A stretch of 63,479 bases of DNA, the filler included, from Reclinomonas americana ATCC 50394 (Eukaryota): assembly GCA_048213135.1 (NCBI GenBank). It is 8 parts of 5 records of this genome, joined end to end, with 100 filler letters (N's around TTAATTAATTAA, not from the genome) between each part and the next. Parts side by side here need not be neighbours in the genome. Positions count along the whole stretch, not along the records: positions 4,987 to 19,155 come from PS015096.1; positions 19,256 to 31,720 come from PS015096.1; 6 more parts are not named here. The stretch is one strand, 5' to 3'. Under the pieces are notes generated by a model that was not told the origin of the DNA, made no database searches, and worked only from the letters and a program-made list of their open reading frames with translations. Shown here one piece after another: positions 11,001 through 22,512 of this stretch. Position numbers and translations under genes: made by a program. Positions within the stretch are counted from its first letter, which is position 1, and each line of letters starts with the position of its first letter.

Positions 11001-14000
11001 GCCGTTGTTGGCACGCAAGCACGCTCGTAGAATCTCATTGTGCAGCTTCAACGCAGTGTACATCGTCGATGTCAAGGTTTCCCAGAGCATGGTGCTGTGT
11101 GCAGGTCAACTTTAGTACAAGCGTTGAATTTCGATTCCATCCCATCCTCCCACGCACCTATTCTCCACGTCGGTGAACACAAGCGCCATCGGGACCGACA
11201 GTGAATCCTTGTTCAGAAGGAAGTAGTCGTCGGCCACGTCGGGCGCCGTCATCAGCTGCTGCTGTTGCTCCATCTCGTACTGCACAATGAGCATGAGTTC
11301 GGAGATGTTCTCCGTGACGTGGTTGGTCGCGCCTTCTTCCGTCAGGCGTTTCAGCGACGCTTGTGCGTTGCGCAGCGTGTCCTGCGACTGGCGCAGCTCG
11401 TCCACCATCTCCTTGTCGGTCATGGCCTCGGAGTTTGCTGCACAAAAAACAAAGCAAAACAATGTTTAGAAATCACAGCAGGCGGGCTTCGTGGCGACTC
11501 AGCCGCCTGTGTACACTCACCGGCCTTCTCTCGTGCATCTTCCAGGAAACGGAACTCCTTGCGCAAGATTTCGCACTCGTCCATGAATCCACGGAGCTGC
11601 TGCTGTTGTGCAACGCTGTCCTCGGCCAACTTGGCGTTCTTCGCCTGCAGATTCGCGTTCTCCTCCTGCAGTCGCTCTCGCTGCACCGATGTTGACTCGA
11701 GTTCCTCGAGCACCGATTCCAGCTGCTCGGTGAGACGGCGGCAGTCGCCACGCGCTACTTCCAACTCTGAATGCAGCCGGATGCACTCCGTCTGCAGGCC
11801 CTCGTACTCGGAGCGCAGCGAACTCAGCTCCGCAGTGAGACCCGCGAGTCGTCGGCTCAGCGACACGCGGCCCTCGCGCACACGCTGCAGCTCGGCCGAC
11901 ACAAGATCTCGAGCATTGCTGAGACGTGACTCGTCCTCGCTGCCCGCAACGGCCGCGGGGGTCGCAGGGCTGCGATTCGTGGCAGCGCTGGAGGTCGACA
12001 AGACGGCGGCGGGTGCCGCAGCCGCCGTCGCTGTAGCAGGCGGCCGCTTGGTGGGACTTCCCGACGTCGGCGACGACGCCGCCGCCGCAGCTTTCTTGCC
12101 TTTTGTCGGCGACTCCCTCCCGGACCGTGGTGGCTGCTTTTGCTCTTGTTGTGGTGGCTGCTGCTGCTGCGGCGGCGGCGGCAGCGGCTCCGAGCGACTG
12201 CTCGTAGGCGGATCGGACTTGTTGGCACTGGAGGGTGCCGGCGGCGGTGACGGCAACTGCGCCGGCGCCGGCCTCGGTGGTGGTGAAGACGGCAGGGGCG
12301 CTGGTATCGCGCCTCCAGAACCCTCCTGCTCCAGGCGTTGACGCTCAGCATGCATTGCCGCCACTTGTGCATTCGTCTGCTCCACCATCGCATCGCGCTC
12401 CAGTGACAGGCGACGAATCGCAGCCTCCTTCTCGGCCAGCAATCCTTCGGCTTCTGAGTCACCAGCAATGGCTCCACGCAGTCGCTCCAACTCGCTAACA
12501 TGCTCGTCGACGAGGCGCTGCCGTGTGGCAGCCTCCTCTTCGGTCAGCCGTAGCCTCTCCGCTTCGAGCTGATCGATTGTTGACGACTTCTCGACCAGCA
12601 GCGCCTCGCGCTCGCGCGTGAGCCGCTCAATCTCACTCAGCTTGTCAGTGAGCACAGATTCTCGCTCCTCTTGCAGATCACTGCGCATGCGCTCCAACTC
12701 AGCCACGTGCTCGTTCATGAGCCGGCTCCGTGCATCGGCCTCCTCCGCCTCCAGTTGCTCACGCTCTCGCTGCAGCGCCGCGATGCGATCCTCCATTGCC
12801 TTGGCGGCTGCATCGCGCTCCGCGGTCAGCTGCTCAATCTCCTGCAGTTTCTGAGAGGCAAGTGACTCTTGCTCCGACGCCAGATCGTCGCGAAGACGCT
12901 CCAGCTCCTGCAGAATGAAAGTTCAGCAACAGGAAAACACAGAGGAGCGGCAACTGCGACAGGCACCGATACCTCCAAGTGATTCTTCATCAGGCGTTCG
13001 CGCTCGGCTGCCACGCGCTCCTGCAGCTGGCGTTGCTCGTCGGCCAGACGAGTGATTTCGTTCTCCTTGGCCGACACTGCTGCCAGCCGCTCGGCCTCGA
13101 GTCGCTGCATTTCCGCCAAGTGTTCACTCATCAGCCGGTTGCGCTCGGCCTGCTCCTCCTCCTGCAGCTGCTGCCTCTCCACCTGCAACTGCGTGATGCG
13201 GTCCTCCATGGCTTTCGCCTCGGCGGAGCGTTCAGCCATCAGTTGCTCAATTTCCTGAGCCTTCTGAGCCGCCAGCGTCTCCTGCTCACTGGCCAAATCG
13301 TCGCGCAAGCGCTCGAGTTCCTGCGCAGATACAGGCAGGATGAGTATTTTGGAGAGCGCTTTCATACTCTCGTCACACACAAACACTCCCACACTCCCAC
13401 ACACACCTCCAAGTGGCTGTTGAGCAGTCGATCGCGTTCAGCTGCCACTGCGGCTTGCAGCTGCCGCTGTTCCTCCTCCAGGCGAGAAATCTCGTCGGCT
13501 TTGGTGGCCAGCGCTGCTTGCCGCTCCGACTGAAGGCGATTGATTTCTTCGGCCTTCTCCTGCAGCAACTGCTCGCGCTCGTCGACCAATTCCAGACGCA
13601 CTCGCTCGAGTTCGTTCTCGTGCTCCTGCATGAGTCGCCTCCTCTCAGCGGCCTCTTGCTCAGCACGCGCCTTCATCTCCGCCTCCTTAGCTCGCATCTC
13701 CGACTCTTTGGCCTCCAACTCGGCATCGCGCATCTGCTGCAGTCGCGAGATTTCGGTGCTCTTCTCCTGAAGCAGGTTGTCTCGCTCGTCAGCCAGCTCA
13801 CTCTGGAGCAGCTGCAACTCCTGCACGACGGAGAAAGAGAGGTGAGACATTGAGCAAAGCAGGGAGTGACAGATAACACGCCACGGAACTCGAAGGTGGT
13901 CCTCCAGCAACCGTTCGCGCTCGGCAGCGTTGCGAGCCTCCATTTGCCTGTAGGCCTCATTCAGTCGCTGAAGCTCGTCGCTGCTGTCTGCCAGTGCATT

Positions 14001-17000
14001 CTGCAGTCGGCGAATCTCCTCTGCCTGTGCAGCACGGTCACGTTCGAGCTCCGCAATGTGTTGCACTGCCTGCTGGCGACGCGCGGCCAACAGCGCACGT
14101 GCCTCCTCTGCACGATGTGCTTTGGCGTCCGTGGTCACTGTGGAACCAGTGCGTGCCAGCAGACTGGCTGCAATCGCCGATCCGGAGGGTACTCGCGGTG
14201 AGGCCGACGCACTGGTCGGTTGCGACGATGTGCCAGGCGCACCACGCGGCGATGGCTTCTTGGCAACCGACGCCGGCAGCGAAGGTACAACGGCTGCTGG
14301 GTCGCTCGACGCTGAAGTGTGAGTGGCCGGTGGCGCAGGCGCAACAGTGCTTGAAGGCAGTCCGTCGGACGACTCGGCACTTGCAGGTGCTCTGGCATGT
14401 GCTGCCGGGAGTGCCGACGCGCCAACACTGCCCTGTGGAAGCGCAACAGATGCGCTTGATGGCGATCCGGCATGTGTGGCCTGCGGAACCACAGCTGGAT
14501 GGCTGACGACCGGTGGAGAATGTGCGTCAACGCTTGCAGGCGGTGCTCCAGCTGCTGAGTGTGAAGCAGGCGATCCAGCAGCGACTGGCAGCGGAGCGTC
14601 GGCAGGACCGGCACTTGCAGGTGAACCGACTGGCGCTGCCGATCCGGCATGTGTTGCTTGCGGTGGTGCTGAAGCTAGATGGGCTACCGACGCCGCACTG
14701 CCGGCGGCGGCATGTGAAGAAGGCGGCGCTCCAGCTGCTGAGTGAGAAGCAGCGGATGATGTACCGTCAGCAGCGGCTGCCGGTAAAGCTTCGACAGGAC
14801 CAGTGCTTGCAGGTGAACCGACTTGCACCATCGACCCTGCACTTGTTGCTTGTGGTGCTGAAGCTGGACGGGCAACAGCTGATGATGCTGCACTGCCGGC
14901 GGCGGCATGTGAAGAATTCGCATCCACGCTTGCAGGCGGTGCTCCAGCTGCTGAGTGTGAAGCAGGCGATGCTGCACCGCCAGCAGCGGCTGCCGGTGAA
15001 GCTTCGACAGGACCGGCGCTTGCAGGAGAACCGACTTGCACCATCGACCCTGCACTTGTTGCTTGCGGTGCTGCAGCTGGATGGGTAACAGCTGATGATG
15101 CTGCACTGCCGGCGGCGGCATGCGAAGAATTCGCATCCACGCTTGCAGGCGGTGCTCCAGCTGCTGGATGGGAAGCAGCCGATTCTGCACCGCCAGGAGC
15201 GGATGGCGGCGGAGCATTGACAGGACCGGCGCTTGCAGGTGAACCGACTGGCGCCATTGACCCGGCACTTGTTGCTTGCGGTGCTGCAGCTGGATGGGTA
15301 ACAGCTGATGCCGCACTGCCAGCAGCGGCATGTGAAGAATGCACATCACTGCCGGAAGGCGGTGCTCCAGCTGCTGAGTGTGAAGCAGCCGATGCTACGC
15401 CGCCAGCAGCGGATGGCGGCAGAGCATCGACAGGACCGGCGCTTGCAAGAGAACCGACTGGCGCTGCCGATCCGGCATGTGTTGCTTGCGGTGGTGCCGA
15501 GACCACCGACGCCGCACTACCGGCGGCAGCATGTGAAGAATGCACATCACTGCTCGAAGGCGGTGCTCCACCAACGTCGTGGATGGCGACAGGAGCTGCA
15601 TCGTCAGCAACCGCTGACGACAGAGCGCCGGCAGAACCAGCTGACGGTGGAACGGACGCCGCTGCGCTGCCCACATCGCCCTGCGGCGGCAAACTGGAAC
15701 CACCGACACTTGAAGGTGGTGCAGAAGCCGTCGGGTGGGCGACAGTGCCGGAGGCAGTCGGTGGCAGTGAAGCGGTGGAAGAGCCGGCGTCGTCGGCAAC
15801 AGGGTGAGGTGAGCTCAACGGATGCCCTGCAGCATGCACCGCCGCCTGAGCGGCTGATGCTGCAGATGGCGAAGCAGCTGATGCACCGGCGTGCACAGAC
15901 GGAGGTGCGGCCACTGCCGCGCTGCCTGCGACGCCTTGTGGCGGTGCACTTGAAGCACCGGCCACCGACGGTGACCCGGCATGGGGTGTCGACGCTGGTC
16001 CTCCCACGTGCATCGCTGGAGTGGAGATGCTCGACGGAGACCCGGCGTGTGTTGCTTGCGGCGCTCCACTGGACGGAACCGCAGACGCCGAACCGAGTGT
16101 CACCGGCGGCGATCCGCGATCGGTGGTGACCAAAGCCACATCAGCGTCAGCGTCGACCTCCACATCTTCGTCGGCATCCGCGAGCTCCATCGCGTCCACC
16201 ATCTCATCGCCACTCGACATTGGGAGACGGGCGGCGCCCACAGCTTCCGCAGTACGAACCGACAAGGGAGCCGCCGCAGCAGCAGCAGGCAGTGAAGCAC
16301 CGCTCCCACTGACTTTGCTCTGTCTGGCCGGTGGTACAGTGGCAGTGCCTCCGGCTGCACTCGCTCCGGTTGGAGTGGCCTCGCCAGCCATGAGACCTTC
16401 GGAGACGGCCAGCGATTCGCCAGAGGTGTCGATAAAGGCCATCGAGTCGTCGTCGTCCGCATACCCGTACGCGCCCATGTCCGTCGGCTCCTCAAGGTCA
16501 ATAGCCGCACCACGCCCAAGCACCGTGAATGATTCGGCCGAATGCACAAGCATGTCGACGTGCTCGCTGAGCTGCGCACTGCGATCGCACTCGGCGTGGT
16601 ACTCGGCCTGCAAAAGAACCAGAGCCTCACGCAGCGAGTCGCGCTCCTTTTCGGTGGTGGCCAGCGAACTCTTGGTGCGCTGCAGCTGCAACTCCAGTTG
16701 CCGCTTCTCCTGATCCAGCACACTGTAGTCGGCCTTCAGCTGTTCGTGTGCCGCAAACACCTCGGTGTGTTCGTGCTGCAGCTGACTGAGATCGGTACGC
16801 AGGCCATCGCGAACCACGCATGTGGCCTCCAGCTCACTGGTCACCTTGGCCAGAGAGACCGTCAGTTGTCGCCCGTGTTGCTGCGCCTCGTCGAGCTCCG
16901 CCCGTGTAGCCTGCTGGAGAGCCACGAGTTCCTCGTGCTCCTCACGCAGCTGCTTCAACTCGCCACCAGTTCGTGCACCGTCGGCTGCAGTGTGATCACG

Positions 17001-20000
17001 CTCACTCTGCGTGTTCGCCAGGTCGTGCTCGAGGCCTCTCGATTTGGTCATTTCGGCCTCCAGCGCCGCACGAGTATCCTCCAGCTGGGACTTGAGGTGC
17101 TCGACGGTGGCCTGGTGAGCCATTGCATCTTGCTCCAGGTTGACGCGCAGTCGATCGCGTTCTGCGGTCGTCGTCGACAGCTCGTGACCGCGCTCGGTGG
17201 CCTCGTGTCGCAGACGCGACACAATGTCGGCCAGCGCCTGCCGCTGGCTCTCGGTCTTTTCGTGCTCGCGCCTACTCTCGTCCAGCCGGGCAGCTCCACT
17301 GGCCACCTCCTCCTGCAGCTGACGGCGCAAGATCTGTGCCTCGTCGTGCGCCTCACGCAGCGACTCCTCCGTGTCACTCAGCCGCTGGGCCAGCACACGT
17401 CTCGCGCCCTCTGTCGTCTCGCCCTCCCGTACGCTGTGCGCCAGCTGCTGCGACAGACGAGAATTGGTGGCATTGACCTGCTCGTTCTCTGATCGCACCG
17501 CCTGCAAATCGGTAGTAAGCGACGCCGACTCCGCCTCCAGTTGCGTCACCCGGTCACCGAGTGTGCGGCACGTCTTTTCGCTCTCGGCCAGCCGGCGGTG
17601 CAGAGCGGTGACGTCGGATCGCGCGGCCTCCAAGTCGGCCGTGACTGCCGCCAGGTCTTGCTCCAGGGCCACTCGCTTGGCATCGAGCACATTGCGTGCC
17701 GACACCGTGTCGCGCAACTCACTGCGAAGTTGACGGATGGTCTCCTCCAGTGAGGCGACCAACGTCGCCAGTTCGTGGCGAGTCGCGCCGAGTGCCACGT
17801 TGTCGTCGGCCAGCTTCGCGTGCGCCGCACGCAGATCATGCAACGCCGTCTCCATCTGGGCACGCTCGGCTGTCACTCGCTGTGCGAGGCACACGCAGTT
17901 GCGTGTAGTGAGCACGACTCTCGAGCACATGTGAAGCAGCGGGGGAAAACAAGCAGCACACCTGCAAATCACGCTGAAGGCTGTTTCGATCGTCCTCCAC
18001 CGACGACTTGCCCGAGGCTACCGTCTGCCGCGCCTGCCGTTCCTCCTCCAACTCAACCACTGTTGCGTGGTGCTTTTGCGTCACGGCAGCCAGTTCCTGC
18101 TGCAGACGATCGCGGACGGCGACCAGCGTGACGAGCTCAGCGGCCTTCTTGTTGCTGTCTCCCTGCCAGTGCGCGACCGTGCCACGCAGTTCCTCTGCTG
18201 TCTGCTCGCCAGCGGCCACCTGGCGACGAGCCTCCTCCAACTCGGCGCGCACCTCTCGCTCCACCTCCCGCTGTGCTTTCGCCGCAGCATGCGCTGTCGC
18301 CAGTGCTGCACGCAGTTCGTCGCGCTCAGCAGTCGCAGTCGCCAGGTTGTGTTGCGACTGCGCCAGAGCATCCGAGGCCACCGACNNNNNNNNNNNNNNN
18401 NNNNNNNNNNNNNNNNNNNNNNNNNNNNNNNNNNNNNNNNNNNNNNNNNNNNNNNNNNNNNNNNNNNNNNNNNNNNNNNNNNNNNNNNNNNNNNNNNNNN
18501 NNNNNNNNNNNNNNNNNNNNNNNNNNNNNNNNNNTGTCGACGATCGGCTCGACCCAACACCTCAGCATGCGTACTCTGCAACTGCGCAATCTGCGCGACC
18601 GCCGAGTCGCGCTCCGCACGCATCTGCTCGAGTTCCGGCAACGTGCGCTCGACCAACGTCGACAGCTCCGACGCGCGCGCCTTCAGCTCGCTGATGCGCT
18701 TCTTCGAGGCGTCCAGCTGGCCCTCAGCCTCCGACCGCTTCCGTTTCTCCTCGTCCAACAGCTGCACGGTGGACTGCAACTCGGCGGTTTGTCGCCGGTG
18801 CTCGTCAACAAGGGCGTCGTGTTTGCCCGTCAGTGTCCGGTGCATCTCCTGGGCGGAGCTGAGTTCCTGCTTCAGGATCGCGCACACCGTCTGTGACTCT
18901 CGCAACACGTCCGCGGTCTCCGTGTGCTCTTGCACCTTGCGCAGATGCTCAGCATGCAGCTCCACCTTGGCGTGTGCCAGCGCGTGGTTCGACTCCTCCA
19001 CTCGCTGTCGTGTTTCGCGTTCCGACGTCAATTGTGCCTTCAACGCCGCCAGCTCGTCCTTGTCACGCACTTGCTCGGCTCGCAGCACCTCCAGCTGTCC
19101 GTTGTAATCACGATTCGTTTGTTGCACCTGTGTCGCAGATTCAGCGCAAGAGTCCNNNNNNNNNNNNNNNNNNNNNNNNNNNNNNNNNNNNNNNNNNNNT
19201 TAATTAATTAANNNNNNNNNNNNNNNNNNNNNNNNNNNNNNNNNNNNNNNNNNNNGTCACTCGGAATGAGGGAAGAAGAGTTCATCGTACCTCCTTCAAT
19301 TCCTCCTGCAGCGTCTTCTGTGACGCGGAAAGGAGGACGTGCGAGTCGTTCAACGTCTTGTGCTCGACTTGCAGCTTGGAGTACTCGGTGACCAACGCTT
19401 GCAACTCCACATGCAGCTCACGCTTCAACGTCACCGTCTGTGCCATTGTTCTTCAGCACACGGAAAGTGCACAGGGAGCACATACGGAGGTCACCACCAA
19501 CCTCGGCGAACTGACTGTTCAGCTGCTTGTGAGTGTCCTGCAAGCGCTCCAGCGACGACTCGGCCGATGCGTTTCGTTCGACAAGCAGCGCGTGCTCTCG
19601 CAGCAACGTGTCGTGTTCGTCGGCCAGCTTGCGTCGTTGTTGCACAACCTGCCACACAATACAGGCAGTCAGTCGACACTGGTTGTCGTTGCGTAGCCGC
19701 GACCACAGCTCACCTCGTCGAGCTCCTGCAGTGTGCGAGTGTGTGTCTCCTGCAGGCGTGAGTGCGTCGACTGCAACGTCTCCAAATCGACTTGCAGCGT
19801 GCGTCGGCTCAGCGAAACGTTGCCGTGCTCGCTGTGCAGCCGGTGCAACTCGTCGTGCGTCTCCCGCAAACTCTTGGAGAGCATGGAGCACTCTTGCATG
19901 AGTTCATCGCGCAGACGCCTCATCTCATCCAGCTCGCGGTTGAGCTTGGCCACCTCCGTATTGTGCGTCTGCGAGCGTCATTAGCAGCGAAGACACACGA

Positions 20001-22317
20001 CAACGCAAGCCACTGCGTCGAATTGACAAACCAGTGTTGATCGCTGGCGGTACGACTCCAACTCTTCAGAGATCCTGTTCGAAGCCTCGGTGGCGTCGCG
20101 CAACTGCGAGTTGCGGTTCTTGATTGTGCCTGCAAATGCCGAGAGGTGGCGGTGCAGCACGGCAAACTCCTGCGGTGCGCTCTTGGGCGACGCAGCGACA
20201 GGCAACGACGCTGTCGACGACGACGACGTCGGCGAGGCTTGAAGGTGCGGCGACTTGGGCGACGTGGCGCTGGCGGCCGCGCCAGACGACAGCGGTGACG
20301 CCATGGGCGAGTCAGCCGAGGTCACCACCACAGTCACGTTGGCACCGCCGGCCTGTGGCATGTCCAGATCGTCGGCGGAAGCCACGGCATCCACATCGAT
20401 ACCCAACGCCGATGCCGCGGCTGTGTTTCGCTGCACAAGTTCGCTGATCCACAGACGTTCACACTGGCGATCCTTCAGCATCATGTCGACCAGTGCCTGC
20501 TTTCGATCACGCTGCTCCTGCATGGCACGACTGCGTGCTTCGGCATCCTGCAGAAATTGTGCCAGTTCGCGGATGCGCGCGCGGTCCGCGTCACGCGTCT
20601 CGCGATCCACCTGCGACAAGTGCACAGTGAATCACGTTTGAGTGGACATGTGAATGGTGGCAGAGCACGGATAAGGGCCCACCTGCAGTCCAGCGAGTCT
20701 CATTTCCAACTCCTCCACTCGAGCAACGAGCAAGTCACGCTCCGCACGCAGCTCCTCGGTCTGACTGCGCGGCCGAGAGGAGCGCGAGATTTCCAGCATG
20801 GTCGCCGACATGCGACGCTCGGCCACCGCCATGGCACTGGGCGACAAGGCCGACGACGACGAGTTGGAGCCGCCAGAGAGTCTGCGGTTCTCGGCACTCT
20901 CCAACGCGAACGACGCGCGTCGACTGGAGCCCGGCGACACGGGCTTGCCGGACGGCGACTTGGCGGAGGCGGGCGAGATGATCGACGACGGTGGCGACGC
21001 CAGATGCTGGCCTCCTTCGCGCACCGGCGACGGCCGACGACCACCATTCACTCCAGTGGTCTTTGGTGATGCCAGTGGTGACGACTGCGCCGACGACATG
21101 GTGCTGCCGTCGCCAACACTGTTGGGCGACAACAGCAGGCTCAGCGGCGCCGGTGACTCCATAAAGTCGCTTGCCGCCTGCACCACAGTCGGCACACCAC
21201 TCCCACTTGCATCCTCAACACTCGGCTTGTCCTCCGCTGTTGGTGGTGGTGGCGGTGGCGGTGGTGGTGGTGGCGATTGTGGTGGAGGCGACTGCCGCAC
21301 ACCATGAAACGCCGACGCCTCACCACTGCCCAGCACAGGCCGCGGTCGCCGAAACGCCGATGTGGGTGGAGAGATCGCTGCTTCTGCTGCTGCTGCTGCT
21401 GTTGTCTCCTCAGCAACCGCTGCGGCTGCCTCTGCCTCCGCTGCCACCTGCCATGACACACACTCGCGTGAGCACATGTGCGTGTGCATGAGAGAAAGAG
21501 GGAGAGACGCACTCGTTGTGCCTCACGCAGTGCGCGCTGTTGACGACGCGTGGCCTCGCCCAGAGTCTCCTCGCCACTCGGGCCACGTCGTCGCGTTGCT
21601 CCCAACGCACTGTTCCCCGCCACTGCTGCTGCAGTTGTAGCAGTAGTAGTAGTGGAGGACNNNNNNNNNNNNNNNNNNNNNNNNNNNNNNNNNNNNNNNN
21701 NNNNNNNNNNNNNNNNNNNNNNNNNNNNNNNNNNNNNNNNNNNNNNNNNNNNNNNNNNNNNNNNNNNNNNNNNNNNNNNNNNNNNNNNNNNNNNNNNNNN
21801 NNNNNNNNNNNNNNNNNNNNNNNNNNNNNNNNNNNNNNNNNNNNNNNNNNNNNNNNNNNNNNNNNNNNNNNNNNNNNNNNNNNNNNNNNNNNNNNNNNNN
21901 NNNNNNNNNNNNNNNNNNNNNNNNNNNNNNNNNNNNNNNNNNNNNNNNNNNNNNNNNNNNNNNNNNNNNNNNNNNNNNNNNNNNNNNNNNNNNNNNNNNN
22001 NNNNNNNNNNNNNNNNNNNNNNNNNNNNNNNNNNNNNNNNNNNNNNNNNNNNNNNNNNNNNNNNNNNNNNNNNNNNNNNNNNNNNNNNNNNNNNNNNNNN
22101 NNNNNNNNNNNNNNAAGGAAGAGGAGGAGGAGGAGGAAGCCAGCACGGGAATGCGTGAGGGCGTGCTTGGTTTCTTCTTGCTCGGCGAGGAGCCGGGCGA
22201 GGACGAAGCTGAGGCGGTGGCGGAGCCGGTGCCTGCTCGTAATGTGGTGTTGCCTGCTGCTGCAGTGGCTGCAGGCACAGGCAGGTTGCTGCCTGAGCTT
22301 GTGCGTCGTCCAGACAT
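8033..22317 (-). CDS. Giant coiled-coil protein (~3,800-4,000 aa, estimated) with a class III adenylyl cyclase domain at ~10290-11200
   Basis: Long heptad-rich ORFs (13362-17972, 11420-12796 and others). Cyclase motifs ALVFTDVEN-STMLWE, GYEVKTEGDG, GLRVRMGVHAG, RLDFHGPVVNRSAR. A phase-0 GT..AG intron bridges the 19156-19255 spacer (EELKE|VQQTNRDY). Both ends are approximate. Confidence 0.8.
14460..15545 (-). repeat. Coding tandem repeat, ~195-213 bp unit (~65-71 aa, Ala/Pro/Ser-rich), about 5.5 copies
   Basis: SSHAAAGSAAS...PQATxAGS..PVGSPASAGP...SHSAAGAPP recurs. The gcatg(t/c)gaagaa anchor is at ~14710, 14905, 15118, 15328 and 15529. Confidence 0.9.
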
Positions 22318-22512
22318 GCACACACTGCACACACGCGCACAAAGGGATTTTGGATTTGGAAAATTGCAACGGACATGATGAGAAGCGCGGCAACTTCGCT
22401 TACGAGATCACAAACTGACGTCTCTTTTTACTCTTTTCCCACCTTTGCACGCCTCTCCCCCCTCTCCTCGTTCTGCGCTGTACAGTTCATCGTCGTCCGT
22501 CGTTACCGTACA

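Noticed and set aside
11265-17492. Long plus-strand ORFs antisense to the coiled-coil gene
   Set aside because: Shadow ORFs expected from GC-rich, codon-biased, repetitive coding DNA. They contain no recognisable motifs.
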